DNA of 64,000 bases from Trichormus sp. ATA11-4-KO1 (GCA_019358915.1 JAHHIM010000018.1:20809-84808); one strand, 5' to 3'. Counted from the first letter of the stretch, positions 21,236 to 31,509 are shown. A program made the numbers and translations. The notes: generated by a model not told the origin, from the letters alone.

Positions 21236-21428
21236 AAAAAAAGCCCTCCAGCAAACTACGTGTTAGCGGAGCTTGAGCGATACACGCGCCAGATGCTTAT
21301 ATAGAAAAAGTACCATTAGAGCTAGATGCTGGTCAGCTTGACCTATGTAACTTGTGGATACTCCGACTAACCTGATTTTGTTTTAGTTAATCTCACCAGG
21401 CGCATAGACACCAAAAGGCATCTGATCG
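21236..21428 (-). ncRNA. Putative structured 5' leader or sRNA ending in an intrinsic terminator
   Basis: TACTCT -10-like box at 21430-21435, an approximately 105-nt interrupted hairpin (21324-21423), then a GC hairpin plus U7 (21236-21274) about 125 nt before the aminotransferase ATG. Structure predicted by eye only. Confidence 0.45.
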
Positions 21429-21738
21429 TAGAGTAGCGACTTTTTGTAAGCTAGTAGGAAAGAGACATCAAATTTTTACCCACTTTGTCTAAGTTCTTCA
21501 GCAACGTCTATTTAGAATCTCACAAATTGGCGTACAGAGCAATATACTTCCGTGAAGAAGAATGATAGTCAGGGTACGGCATCAGTAACTATTGTTTGCT
21601 GTGCCCCTTTTGAAGACTCCTAAGAAATAGTGCTGAGTGCTGAGTGCTGAGTGCTGAGTGAGGAGGAATAAAAAATAGGGAGTATGACAACACAAGTACT
21701 TGATAATTAATTGATAGAGAAGTCTAGTACGAGTAAAT

Positions 21739-22719
21739 ATGCAGATTAGCCAAGAACTATCTCTCCCCAGTATGGGCTGTGGCACTTGGGCATGGGGTAA
21801 CAAATTGCTTTGGGGATATGACCAGAGCATGGATGAGCAGTTACAAGCCGTTTTTAACCTTTGTGTTAGCAACGGTGTCACCTTATTTGATACAGGCGAT
21901 TCTTACGGAACTGGGAGATTAAATGGACGCAGTGAGTTACTCCTAGGGCAATTTACTAAAGACTATCAAGGTGTGGGCGAAAATAATATTTGCATTGCCA
22001 CTAAGCTTGCTGCTTATCCTTGGCGATGGACACGCCAATCAATGATTAAGGCTTGTAAGTCTTCTGCTAAACGTTTGGGCAGAAATGTAGACTTAGTTCA
22101 GATGCACTGGTCAACAGCCAATTATGCACCTTGGCAAGAATTAGGCTTGTTAGATGGTCTAGCTGATTTATATGAACAAGGGTTAGTTAAGGGAGTAGGC
22201 TTATCTAATTACGGACCTAAACGGCTGCAACACGTCCATAAAAAGTTTGCGGCGCGGGGAGTTCCCATTACTACTGTACAAGTTCAGTACTCTTTGCTAT
22301 CTACGTATCCTGTCACCCAACTAAAACTGAAAGATGTTTGTGACCAACTAGGGATAAAATTGATTGCCTATAGTCCTCTAGCATTAGGGATATTGACAGG
22401 AAAATACTCAGAGAAAGGTAGTTTACCCAAAGGTATCCGGGGCTTGTTGTTTAGACAGCTATTACCAGGAGTGCGATCGCTTTTAGCATGTTTGCGAGAG
22501 ATAGCTGAATTCAGAAACAAAAGCATGTCCCAAGTAGCCATCAACTGGTGTATTTGTAAAGGAACTATTCCCATCCCTGGCGCGAAAAATGCAGAACAGG
22601 CACAGCAGAACATTGGTGCTTTGGGTTGGCAGTTAGATTCTGGCGAAATTACCGCATTAGATCAAGCTGCTGCAAGTACAGACAAAAAAATGGTACAAAA
22701 CATCTTTCAAACTCAGTAA
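21739..22719 (+). CDS. Aldo/keto reductase
   Basis: GCGTWAWG, FDTGDSYG, GVGLSNY, AYSPLALG, PIPGAK. Confidence 0.93.
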   Translation: MQISQELSLPSMGCGTWAWGNKLLWGYDQSMDEQLQAVFNLCVSNGVTLFDTGDSYGTGRLNGRSELLLGQFTKDYQGVGENNICIATKLAAYPWRWTRQSMIKACKSSAKRLGRNVDLVQMHWSTANYAPWQELGLLDGLADLYEQGLVKGVGLSNYGPKRLQHVHKKFAARGVPITTVQVQYSLLSTYPVTQLKLKDVCDQLGIKLIAYSPLALGILTGKYSEKGSLPKGIRGLLFRQLLPGVRSLLACLREIAEFRNKSMSQVAINWCICKGTIPIPGAKNAEQAQQNIGALGWQLDSGEITALDQAAASTDKKMVQNIFQTQ

Positions 22720-22797
22720 GCACGCAAAGACACAAAGAAAAAGACAGGAAATTTTGGCATTTTGTCCCTTTATCCCTTTGCTCCCCATTCCCTCATC

Positions 22798-22998
22798 TTA
22801 GGGATCTTCAGGAAAAACCCATTTTGGTGGTTCCGTCATCTTTTTCCGCAGGCGTTCTTCCGCCATTTCCAGCATTTGGTCTAAGGAAGTCTCTTGGATA
22901 AATTTGGTAGCAGCCTCTCTAAACTCGATATTGGGGCATTTATCCCCTAACACGCAGCCGTTGACACAGGCTTCAGCGCAATTGATTTTCTGCTCCAT
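22798..22998 (-). CDS. Small Cys-rich hypothetical protein
   Basis: CAEACVNGCVLGDKCPN motif and a GAGG RBS. Confidence 0.7.
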   Translation of the reverse strand: MEQKINCAEACVNGCVLGDKCPNIEFREAATKFIQETSLDQMLEMAEERLRKKMTEPPKWVFPEDP

Positions 22999-23132
22999 AG
23001 TGAATTCCTCTCTTTAAAATCTGAGTTTTAACTCTGTACTCTTAGATATCAAGTTCCCTTAATTGACCATCATAAAACTCCTGTTACGCTAAGAGCATAT
23101 ATGTATGCAATGTTTTGCTAGAAAGGGCGCTC

Positions 23133-24524
23133 ATGTCGGAACTCTTAGCCATTACAGGAACCATCGCCGCGATCGCTACTGCTGTGATTCCTCAACAAGG
23201 TAGCGTTAATATTGTGCGGGTGTCTGGTTTCCAAGCAATGGCGATCGCCCACGCTCTTTTTCACGCCCCTGGGCATCAAGTTTGGGAAAGTCACCGCATT
23301 CTCTACGGTCATATCCGTCATCCCCAAACGCAAAAATTGGTAGATGAAGCCTTGTTATTAATTATGAAAGCGCCCCGTTCTTACACCCGTGAAGATGTGG
23401 TGGAATTTCATTGCCACGGGGGAATTATCGCCGTGCAGCAAGTATTACAACTGTGTTTAGAAAAGGGCGCGAGACTAGCTCAACCAGGAGAATTTACCCT
23501 GCGGGCGTTTTTGAATGGGCGATTAGATTTGACCCAAGCTGAAAGTATTGCTGATTTGGTGGGAGCTAAATCACCCCAAGCCGCTCAAACTGCTTTAGCT
23601 GGTTTACAAGGAAAACTAGCCCATCCTATTAGGCAGTTACGCGCTAATTGTTTGGATATTTTGGCAGAAATTGAAGCGCGAATCGATTTTGAGGAAGATT
23701 TACACCCGTTGGATGATGAAGCCATCATATCAGATATCGATAAAATTGCCGCAGAAATCACTAGGTTATTAGCCACAAAAGACCAAGGCGAACTGCTACG
23801 AACAGGTTTAAAAGTGGCAATTGTCGGGCGACCAAATGTCGGCAAGTCCAGCTTATTGAACGCTTGGAGTCAGAGCGATCGCGCCATTGTCACCGATTTA
23901 CCAGGTACAACCCGCGATGTGGTGGAATCTCAGTTAGTGGTGGGAGGAATTCCGGTGCAAGTACTAGATACAGCAGGTATTCGGGAAACAGTAGACCAAG
24001 TAGAAAAAATTGGCGTTGAGCGATCGCGTCGTGCTGCTAGTGCAGCCGATTTAGTCTTGTTGACTATCGATGCTGCCGCAGGTTGGACAGAGGGCGATCA
24101 AGAAATTTACCAACAAGTGCAACACCGTCCGTTGATTCTTATTATTAATAAAATTGACCTTGTAGAAACGGCATTTATGACAGCTTTGGCATATCCTCAT
24201 GAAATTGACCAAGTTGTAACCACAGCAGCGTCAAAAAATCAAGGTATTGATAACTTAGAACAAGCAATTTTAGAGACAGTGCAAAAAGGAAAGGTGCAAG
24301 TTGCTGATATGGATTTAGCGATTAACCAAAGGCAAGCTGCTGCCTTAACTCAAGCTAAAATCTCTTTGGAACAGGTACAACTAACAATTGCTGAACAATT
24401 ACCTCTTGATTTTTGGACAATTGACCTAAGAGGTGCAATAAATGCTTTAGGAGAAATTACTGGAGAGCAAGTTACAGAATCTGTACTTGACAGAATTTTT
24501 AGTAAATTTTGTATTGGGAAATAA
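23133..24524 (+). CDS. mnmE: tRNA modification GTPase MnmE
   Basis: [46 protein letters not shown]. Confidence 0.98.
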   Translation: MSELLAITGTIAAIATAVIPQQGSVNIVRVSGFQAMAIAHALFHAPGHQVWESHRILYGHIRHPQTQKLVDEALLLIMKAPRSYTREDVVEFHCHGGIIAVQQVLQLCLEKGARLAQPGEFTLRAFLNGRLDLTQAESIADLVGAKSPQAAQTALAGLQGKLAHPIRQLRANCLDILAEIEARIDFEEDLHPLDDEAIISDIDKIAAEITRLLATKDQGELLRTGLKVAIVGRPNVGKSSLLNAWSQSDRAIVTDLPGTTRDVVESQLVVGGIPVQVLDTAGIRETVDQVEKIGVERSRRAASAADLVLLTIDAAAGWTEGDQEIYQQVQHRPLILIINKIDLVETAFMTALAYPHEIDQVVTTAASKNQGIDNLEQAILETVQKGKVQVADMDLAINQRQAAALTQAKISLEQVQLTIAEQLPLDFWTIDLRGAINALGEITGEQVTESVLDRIFSKFCIGK

Positions 24525-24707
24525 TCGGGCGTTGCTAAATCAAGATATAATTTTATCTCACGCAGAGGCGCAGAGGATAAGACTTTTCAGTTTTTAATTT
24601 TTAATTTTCATATTTCAGTTTCGTGATACACAAAGTAGAAAATTCATCCAATTTTTGCCAAAAAAAACAGATAATATTTAATTAATCAAATAATAAATTT
24701 AAAAAAA

Positions 24708-25478
24708 ATGTCTTTTATAGATAATATTATCAATACTAATGTCATGATTGTGGGAGCTAGTCAAGGCATTGGTTTAGGATTTGTCAAAACATTACTCCAA
24801 GATGAGAGAATTACTAAAATTTATGCAACCTATCGTCAACAGGAATCAGCAGGTGAATTAATAGAATTAGAAAACAAATATTCTGGTAAATTAACTTGTT
24901 TAGCAATGGATATTACTGAAGAATCACAGATTGCTGAAGTTATTCAACGCATAAGTGCCGAAGTTAAGAAATTACACTTAGTGATTAACTGTGTAGGACT
25001 ATTGCATGACGAAACTTTACAACCTGAAAAAAGTTTAAGACAGATTAATTCTGAAAATTTGCTGCGTTACTTCCAAATTAATAGTATTGGATCTGTCCTG
25101 TTGGCTAAACATCTATTGCCGTTATTTCGTCATAGCGATCGCAGTGTATTTGCCAGTATTTCTGCTAAGTTGGGTAGTATTGGTGATAACCAACTTGGTG
25201 GCTGGTATGGTTATCGAGCTTCTAAAGCTGCACTTAATATGTTTATGCGCACAGTAGCAATTGAGTATGCAAGAAGCTGTCCTAAAGCTTTGGTAGTAAC
25301 TTTACATCCTGGTACAACAGATACACGTCTTTCCCGTCCATTTCAAGGAAACGTACCTGCACAAAAGTTATTCTCAGTAGAACGTACCGTTGATCAATTG
25401 TTAGCTGTTATCGAACAACTTCAGGAACAGGATAGTGGACAATTTTTCTCGTGGGATGGAAGTAGGTTGCCTTGGTAA
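24708..25478 (+). CDS. SDR oxidoreductase (CsgA/C-factor-like)
   Basis: GASQGIG, GSIGDN..GGWYGYRASKAA, HPGTTDT. Confidence 0.92.
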   Translation: MSFIDNIINTNVMIVGASQGIGLGFVKTLLQDERITKIYATYRQQESAGELIELENKYSGKLTCLAMDITEESQIAEVIQRISAEVKKLHLVINCVGLLHDETLQPEKSLRQINSENLLRYFQINSIGSVLLAKHLLPLFRHSDRSVFASISAKLGSIGDNQLGGWYGYRASKAALNMFMRTVAIEYARSCPKALVVTLHPGTTDTRLSRPFQGNVPAQKLFSVERTVDQLLAVIEQLQEQDSGQFFSWDGSRLPW

Positions 25479-25512
25479 TTGCGTTAAGCTGATGCTAGTA
25501 AAACCTACGTGA

Positions 25513-25863
25513 ATGATACTAAAGCCTATGAGGTTTTTTATTCCAGCAGCCAACGACCACACCAGAGCAGAGGATGTATATAATGCTATTGCTAAGTTTG
25601 CTCAAGCACCAATAACTAATAAGCGTATTTGGAAATTACGGTGGTTGGACAAGGGAACAAATCTGGAATGCGAAGTAGGTAAACCTTTACCATCTTATTA
25701 CCAAACTGGGAAAGAGTTAGTTTTGGCAATCTTTGATTGTGAAAATCTTTATAAGATTTGTACTCTTACTCATGGAGGAGTCAGGGGAGAACCTATTTTG
25801 GTTGACAAAAACTCTCAATCTTCAGCAACTTATTTTTCAGATGATGCAAATACAAATAACTGA
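25513..25863 (+). CDS. Hypothetical protein
   Basis: 116-aa ORF co-oriented with the SDR gene. No motif recognised. Confidence 0.6.
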   Translation: MILKPMRFFIPAANDHTRAEDVYNAIAKFAQAPITNKRIWKLRWLDKGTNLECEVGKPLPSYYQTGKELVLAIFDCENLYKICTLTHGGVRGEPILVDKNSQSSATYFSDDANTNN

Positions 25864-25874
25864 TGCTACTAAAT

Positions 25875-27740
25875 TCAAATTCCATAACTAACACTGAAAT
25901 AAAAACCATCATCCTGGGCATTTGTCCCCCGGTCATCTAAATTAATTAGGGGAAGTGCATAATCTAGCCTAATATTAAAACGTGGTAATGGTTGATATAA
26001 AACTCCCATTCCCAGACCAGCCAAAAAACTTTGTCTTTGTAAAATATTAGGATTATCATCAACATTCCAGACATAAGCTAAATCAAAAAATGGGGCAAGT
26101 TGTAATGTAGAATTACCTGTTGCATCTCGTTGTAATGTAATGCGGTCTTCTACAAAAAATCTGACACCATTGTCAGCAGCACGGACGTTTTGCCGATAGC
26201 CACGCACCGACTGACCACCACCAACTACAAATTGCTGAGAAGGTAATAAAGTATTCGGTGTGAGTTGGATCTCGGCTTGGGCAATTAATAAATTATTTTG
26301 ACTCAGGCGTTGCACCCTTTGCACTTGTGCCAACCAACTAAAAAAGCGACCATCGGGGATGGGGTCAGAGTTAATTGTCGCATCAAATACATCAATTCCC
26401 AAACTAAATAGCGATCGCACTGCCCAAGCACCTTGAACATCCCGGCGGACATAATCTTGTCCGAACTTAATTACACGGGTGCGGCTGTTACCTTCCGCAT
26501 CGGGGCCAAAACCAAAGGGTGTCGGCCCAGCAAAGGTAAAGGTTTGACCATTCTGAACGGCGAAACCTAATGATAAAGCGAATTCCTCACGCAGCGATCG
26601 CACTAGTGGTTGTCTATAACTAATTTCATACAGTTGAGATTCGCCGCTAATCTCGAAGTCCTGAAAATCCCCTTGAATAATTTGATTATTATTAATTGAG
26701 GTTCGCAATTGTAAAGTGCCATTCATCGCATTCAAAGGCACTCGATAGCTCAAATCATAAATATTTGAGCCTCCCTGAGTTGTACGATAATAAGATGCAG
26801 CGATTTCATCACCCATGCCTGTGAGGTTGCGATAAGTAGCGCTGACACCCAATCTTTCTGAACCAATGCTAGGCGGGGAGTAATTGTCAATGCTTAATGT
26901 GCCATCAAAAGAATCAGCTTCAGTCACGCGAACTACCAAAACACTTTGACCAATACCAGTGCCAGGACGTAAGCTAGCTTCTACATTTGACAGTAGAGGA
27001 TCATTTTGCAGCAATTTTAACTGGTCTTCTAATTTGGCTGTAGATAAAGGCTGGTCTACAACCAAAGCCACACGCGATCGCACATAATCAGGATTTAAAC
27101 GTTTTGTACCTTGGATTTCGATGTTTTCCAAGCTACCTTCAATCACCCGAATTTCTACAATGCCGTTAGTAATGGTTTGGTCTACTAAAATCGCTCTTGA
27201 GGTGATGTAGTTCTGGTTAAGATAAAGTTGGGTGATAGCATCGGCAACTTTTCTCAATTCTTCCAAGGTAACAGAACGCCCCTCTACTGGTTTAGTAATG
27301 GCATTCAGGATCTCTGCATTAAAAATTGTACTGCCTGTCACCTGAATTTTTTCTACCTGGATACTTATACCAGGTTGTGTAGGTAAAGCTTCTGGGGTGG
27401 GAGTCGGCTGCAAAGATGGTTCTGCATCTGATGGTAGGGGTTCTCGAATGAGTCCAGGTTGAGGAAAGCGGTTTTGGTTGCGATCGCCTTCTGGGTTTGG
27501 TGCTTGCGCGAGTGCTGGTAAGGTTAATAATAAAAAAGCAAAAGTCAGTAGATATCTTGCACCAGATAGCTGGAATTCGTGGCTACACAGGTAGGAAAGT
27601 AGAGGTTTCTTGGAGGGAAGTCCGCCTGTTAGCAACGATTTCTCATCGCCAAGGCTAAATATAAAATATGAATTGTTAAATTTAGGAGAATTAGAAAGTG
27701 TAATTAAAAAGTGATTATTTATAGGATTTTGCATTGTCAA
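25875..27740 (-). CDS. ShlB/FhaC/HecB family (TpsB/Omp85) outer-membrane transporter
   Basis: POTRA-like N-terminal region (ITQLYLNQNYITSRA), GGGQSVRGY motif, C-terminal beta-barrel. Start uncertain. Confidence 0.9.
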   Translation of the reverse strand: MTMQNPINNHFLITLSNSPKFNNSYFIFSLGDEKSLLTGGLPSKKPLLSYLCSHEFQLSGARYLLTFAFLLLTLPALAQAPNPEGDRNQNRFPQPGLIREPLPSDAEPSLQPTPTPEALPTQPGISIQVEKIQVTGSTIFNAEILNAITKPVEGRSVTLEELRKVADAITQLYLNQNYITSRAILVDQTITNGIVEIRVIEGSLENIEIQGTKRLNPDYVRSRVALVVDQPLSTAKLEDQLKLLQNDPLLSNVEASLRPGTGIGQSVLVVRVTEADSFDGTLSIDNYSPPSIGSERLGVSATYRNLTGMGDEIAASYYRTTQGGSNIYDLSYRVPLNAMNGTLQLRTSINNNQIIQGDFQDFEISGESQLYEISYRQPLVRSLREEFALSLGFAVQNGQTFTFAGPTPFGFGPDAEGNSRTRVIKFGQDYVRRDVQGAWAVRSLFSLGIDVFDATINSDPIPDGRFFSWLAQVQRVQRLSQNNLLIAQAEIQLTPNTLLPSQQFVVGGGQSVRGYRQNVRAADNGVRFFVEDRITLQRDATGNSTLQLAPFFDLAYVWNVDDNPNILQRQSFLAGLGMGVLYQPLPRFNIRLDYALPLINLDDRGTNAQDDGFYFSVSYGI

Positions 27741-27946
27741 TTTTGACTAACTAGCAATAATATTCAACCATTTTTCTGACTGCTTTACTTTGTTTTAACG
27801 TTTATGTAATAGGATTTGACTGGGAAGGATTATTTATTAAGTAGCTATAAATGCGGCTTACGGCTGGGCGATCGCTAAAGAGCAATAGAGATCGCGCAAT
27901 GATAAAACCAAAGATTTATACTTTTTTGGTACGCGAGGATTTTGAT

Positions 27947-28339
27947 ATGTTGCCCTGGACTAGTCTGATAACTGCTCTGACACTGCTACTGTACTTGGTC
28001 ATTACAATTAATGTTGGTCGAGCCAGAGCTAAATACAAGGTGCTACCTCCCCAAATGTCAGGAAACCCAGACTTTGAACGAGTGCTACGTGTTCAGCAAA
28101 ATACCCTAGAGCAAATAGTTCTTTTTTTACCTGCTTTATGGTTATTCTCTTTCTACGTCAGCCCATTGTGGGGGTCGGGTATTGGTGCAATTTGGCTTGT
28201 GGGTCGCATCGCCTACGCTTGGGGATACTATCAAGCTGCCGAAAAACGGATGATTGGCTTTGGTATCAGTTCTGTTAGCAGTACGGTGTTACTTTTAGGT
28301 TCGCTGATTGGTATCATCTTATCTTTGGTACAGTCATAA
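27947..28339 (+). CDS. MAPEG family protein
   Basis: VGRARAKY, FERVLRVQQNTLEQ, GRIAYAWGY. Confidence 0.92.
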   Translation: MLPWTSLITALTLLLYLVITINVGRARAKYKVLPPQMSGNPDFERVLRVQQNTLEQIVLFLPALWLFSFYVSPLWGSGIGAIWLVGRIAYAWGYYQAAEKRMIGFGISSVSSTVLLLGSLIGIILSLVQS

Positions 28340-28416
28340 CCATTGCCACGAAAGAGGCGATCGCTGATACTCTCTATGCTAAAGTGCGATCGCATTAGCA
28401 TTTTTTTGCTTGAGCC

Positions 28417-28669
28417 TAGCGTCAACCAGTAGGTGTTTGGCAAAGAAGATGAAAATTTCTGCCCCAAAAGCCTACCTGTTCTGGTTTTGACACCTCTAGA
28501 ATGAAAATCGAGGTTGACGCTAATATCCCAAACCTTTGCTAGAAGCTAATTTGAGTTGATTTCTCAATTTTCACCCTTGACAACCCAATGCCTGAAAAGC
28601 TACTTTAAGATGAGATTGACGCAACTGCACCTTGAAAACCAAATATATCAATGCTTTCACTGCCAAGCT
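28417..28669 (+). promoter_or_regulatory. CRISPR leader with sigma70-like promoter
   Basis: TTGACA (28577-28582) and TACTTT (28601-28606). An 11-bp inverted repeat lies at 28417-28427 and 28512-28522. Directly abuts repeat 1. Confidence 0.7.
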
Positions 28670-29442
28670 ATTGCAATTACTCCTAATCCCTATTAGGGAT
28701 TGAAACATCCACCAGCGCCACCACCAAAGCACTCAACAATCACATTGCAATTACTCCTAATCCCTATTAGGGATTGAAACATCTGATTAATACAAAAGAG
28801 GATAGGGTTTTTTGAAATTGCAATTACTCCTAATCCCTATTAGGGATTGAAACTAAGGACTTCACATTTATTCATGCTGCACACAAACAAAATTGCAATT
28901 ACTCCTAATCCCTATTAGGGATTGAAACAGAGCGCATTCGAGATGATGGGCGAGTTGAATTTATTGCAATTACTCCTAATCCCTATTAGGGATTGAAACA
29001 AAACTTAGCACAACATTGAACATTGGCGACATTATTGCAATTACTCCTAATCCCTATTAGGGATTTAAACCCCACTGGGGATAAGCTGTACTTCCAAATT
29101 ACCATTGCAATTACTCCTAATCCCTATTAGGGATTGAAACCTTTAATCTCCTATGCATTTGCCCATGAGGGTGGATTGCAATTACTCCTAATCCCTATTA
29201 GGGATTGAAACGGATTCCAAGCAGTGCCAAAAGTGTAAAACTTCGATTGCAATTACTCCTAATCCCTATTAGGGATTGAAACCTGAATATGAGAATTTAC
29301 TAATTTCTCTAATAGTATTGCAATTACTCCTAATCCCTATTAGGGATTGAAACCGCTTTCTCCTAGCTCTTTGGTGACAAATTCGTATTGCAATTACTCC
29401 TAATCCCTATTAAACCAAGTTGCGGGTAATAGGGATGGAAAT
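28670..29442 (+). CRISPR. CRISPR array: 10 full 37-bp repeats, 1 modified terminal repeat, 10 spacers (33-38 bp), no adjacent cas genes
   Basis: Repeat ATTGCAATTACTCCTAATCCCTATTAGGGATTGAAAC starts at 28670, 28744, 28817, 28892, 28963, 29034 (one G>T), 29104, 29175, 29246, 29317 and 29387 (altered). It resembles the type I-D repeats of Nostocales. Confidence 0.98.
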
Positions 29443-29513
29443 AGAACCTTTTGGGAAAAGGTCAAAAGGTATCTAGCAATCCTATTTGATTTGCAAACAG
29501 CGAGACACTCAGA

Positions 29514-29542
29514 ACCCCGATTTCTCCAAGAAATCGGGGTTT
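29514..29542. repeat. REP-like palindrome (CCCCGA..TCGGGG family)
   Basis: ACCCCGATTTCT-CCA-AGAAATCGGGGT. Related hairpins at about 8831-8858 and 35589-35619. Confidence 0.65.
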
Positions 29543-29627
29543 TTGTTTTGTTCATGATTTATTGTTGACCTGACAGCCAAAAAAGCGCGATCGCTATCAC
29601 GGCTTTTAAATATTTTCCCGACTCAAT

Positions 29628-30017
29628 TTATTCTTCTTTAATCTGCAAACCCGCCTGAACTGGGTCAAATTTTTGGGGAAAATGGGTATTGCGATCGCAA
29701 TCGGCTTTTTCTAATTTCGTTCCTTGGAGATTAGCATCTCTAAGATTAGCTGACATCAATAATGCACCTCGAAGGTCAGCATCTCTAAGATTAGCTTGAC
29801 TGAGATCGGCAAAGCTCAAATCAGTTCCCCTAAGATTAGCACCCTGGAGGTTAGCTTCACTCAAATCAGCGTAACTCAGGTCACACCCTTTGAGATTAAC
29901 ACCTGACAAATCTGCATTACCCAGTTCCACTCTACTAAAGTCCCGTTGTCCCGCAGCGTACCTGTCTACGAGAGTAGCTGCTGTATTAACAATATGTTGA
30001 GAATTTACTTCAGACAT
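29628..30017 (-). CDS. Pentapeptide repeat protein
   Basis: RYAAGQRDF followed by A(D/N)Lxx repeats. Confidence 0.95.
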   Translation of the reverse strand: MSEVNSQHIVNTAATLVDRYAAGQRDFSRVELGNADLSGVNLKGCDLSYADLSEANLQGANLRGTDLSFADLSQANLRDADLRGALLMSANLRDANLQGTKLEKADCDRNTHFPQKFDPVQAGLQIKEE

Positions 30018-30288
30018 AAAACAGTCAATACCTTTTTGTTAACATTGACTCACAACAAGTGAATGCTGATCTCAGCTTAAACCTCATACTTTTCCCATCA
30101 GTACTGTAGTAGAAAGTGTTTATTGGTTATCTACCACACAAACTAATCATAGAACTGCTGATGTCAAAAATGCAGTCACAGATATAGTTCTTTGCACAAT
30201 TGATTGATTTCCTCATGAATTACACAAATTCTTCTCGTAGATTCAAATATTTCTCAACTCCATAACAAACAAAAAGGAGGGCACAATT

Positions 30289-31509
30289 ATGTCATCCCTG
30301 AATTTATTAGCTGTTTTCAATCCATCAAATTACTGGCGAAGCGGTTACATCACTATACCCTGGCAAGCCAATATCCAAAAGTTGCAAATCCCTCCGGAAG
30401 AACTGGTAATAAGTGATCTGCGTGACCTTTCACATACACCGATAAATTTCCAACTTGACCGCATTGACCCAGAAGATCCTACCCGTGATACTTTGGTTTT
30501 GGCGCTATCAAATCCCATACCACCGGGTTCAGAAGATGATGTGCTGGTGTCTGGCTTCCTCAGAGTAGATAGGGGTCAGCCAAAGCAATTGGGAGTGGGT
30601 GAACCAAATATAGAAGTAGTCTACGGGTCAGATGGACGAGAACGGGGAGTAAGACTAATTAATAATCGCTTAATTGTCTGGTTCAATTTAATCCCAGCAC
30701 CTGAAGACAATGAGCGCAACTGGTTTTCTGGTTCAGCTACAAGTGTACAGCTTGACCACCAAGAAATTCTCGATCCTTTTCGGGCAGCCAAGGGCGAATG
30801 GCTAGGTCAAGACCCAGAAAAGCGTTGTATGCAGGTGAGTGAAATACAATTGCCAGGAACTCTCTATCCCAAATCACCTTACTATCAAGTTTCTTTGTTC
30901 AATCATGCTTATCGGCTAGTATCCCAGTCTAGCGGCTCAGTGCGAGCTACCATTACCACTGCTTCCGAACCCTTCGATTACATGGGTGCAGATCCGGTTA
31001 CAGGTACTAACCGTCACTTAGTATGCGAACTTTATCGGGTAATTAGCTTGTACGCTGGCGCAGACTACCTAATTGAGGAACTATTTGTTAAAGGTAAACC
31101 TAAGGGTGAAGAAGACAGAATAGAATCTACTCCAGAAGTAGTCCATCTCCCCTTTGGACTGCACTATTTTGCCCACATGAATATGGGACAAACACAGGAC
31201 ATTGAGCAAGTATTTCCTGTACCCGATTGGTTTGCAGTGGGTTCCACTGCACCCCCCTACGCCGCTTACGGCTTGGCGACAAATTTGCACATAGAAGCGA
31301 TCGCCCATCCTTATGAAGGCAATCCTAGTCGTTTTTCCTGGCAGTTATTACCTGGCAATTATGCCAAGTGTCTACATATGTTCATGCGCGATCAACCAGA
31401 AGGTTTTGATGCACGGATAGGTCATTTTTGGTATGAGTTGATTTACGGGCCACTGAGGGCAGAAATTTATCAGGATACTGAGGTGAAAATCCCATTAAAA
31501 AAGTGCTGA
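30289..31509 (+). CDS. Hypothetical protein (406 aa)
   Basis: Long ORF with an AGGAGG RBS. No recognised family. Confidence 0.8.
   Translation: MSSLNLLAVFNPSNYWRSGYITIPWQANIQKLQIPPEELVISDLRDLSHTPINFQLDRIDPEDPTRDTLVLALSNPIPPGSEDDVLVSGFLRVDRGQPKQLGVGEPNIEVVYGSDGRERGVRLINNRLIVWFNLIPAPEDNERNWFSGSATSVQLDHQEILDPFRAAKGEWLGQDPEKRCMQVSEIQLPGTLYPKSPYYQVSLFNHAYRLVSQSSGSVRATITTASEPFDYMGADPVTGTNRHLVCELYRVISLYAGADYLIEELFVKGKPKGEEDRIESTPEVVHLPFGLHYFAHMNMGQTQDIEQVFPVPDWFAVGSTAPPYAAYGLATNLHIEAIAHPYEGNPSRFSWQLLPGNYAKCLHMFMRDQPEGFDARIGHFWYELIYGPLRAEIYQDTEVKIPLKKC

Noticed and set aside
21236..21428. Assignment of the leader as 6S RNA, T-box, glycine, THF or ZTP riboswitch
   Set aside because: The diagnostic consensus motifs were not found, so it is kept only as an unclassified candidate.
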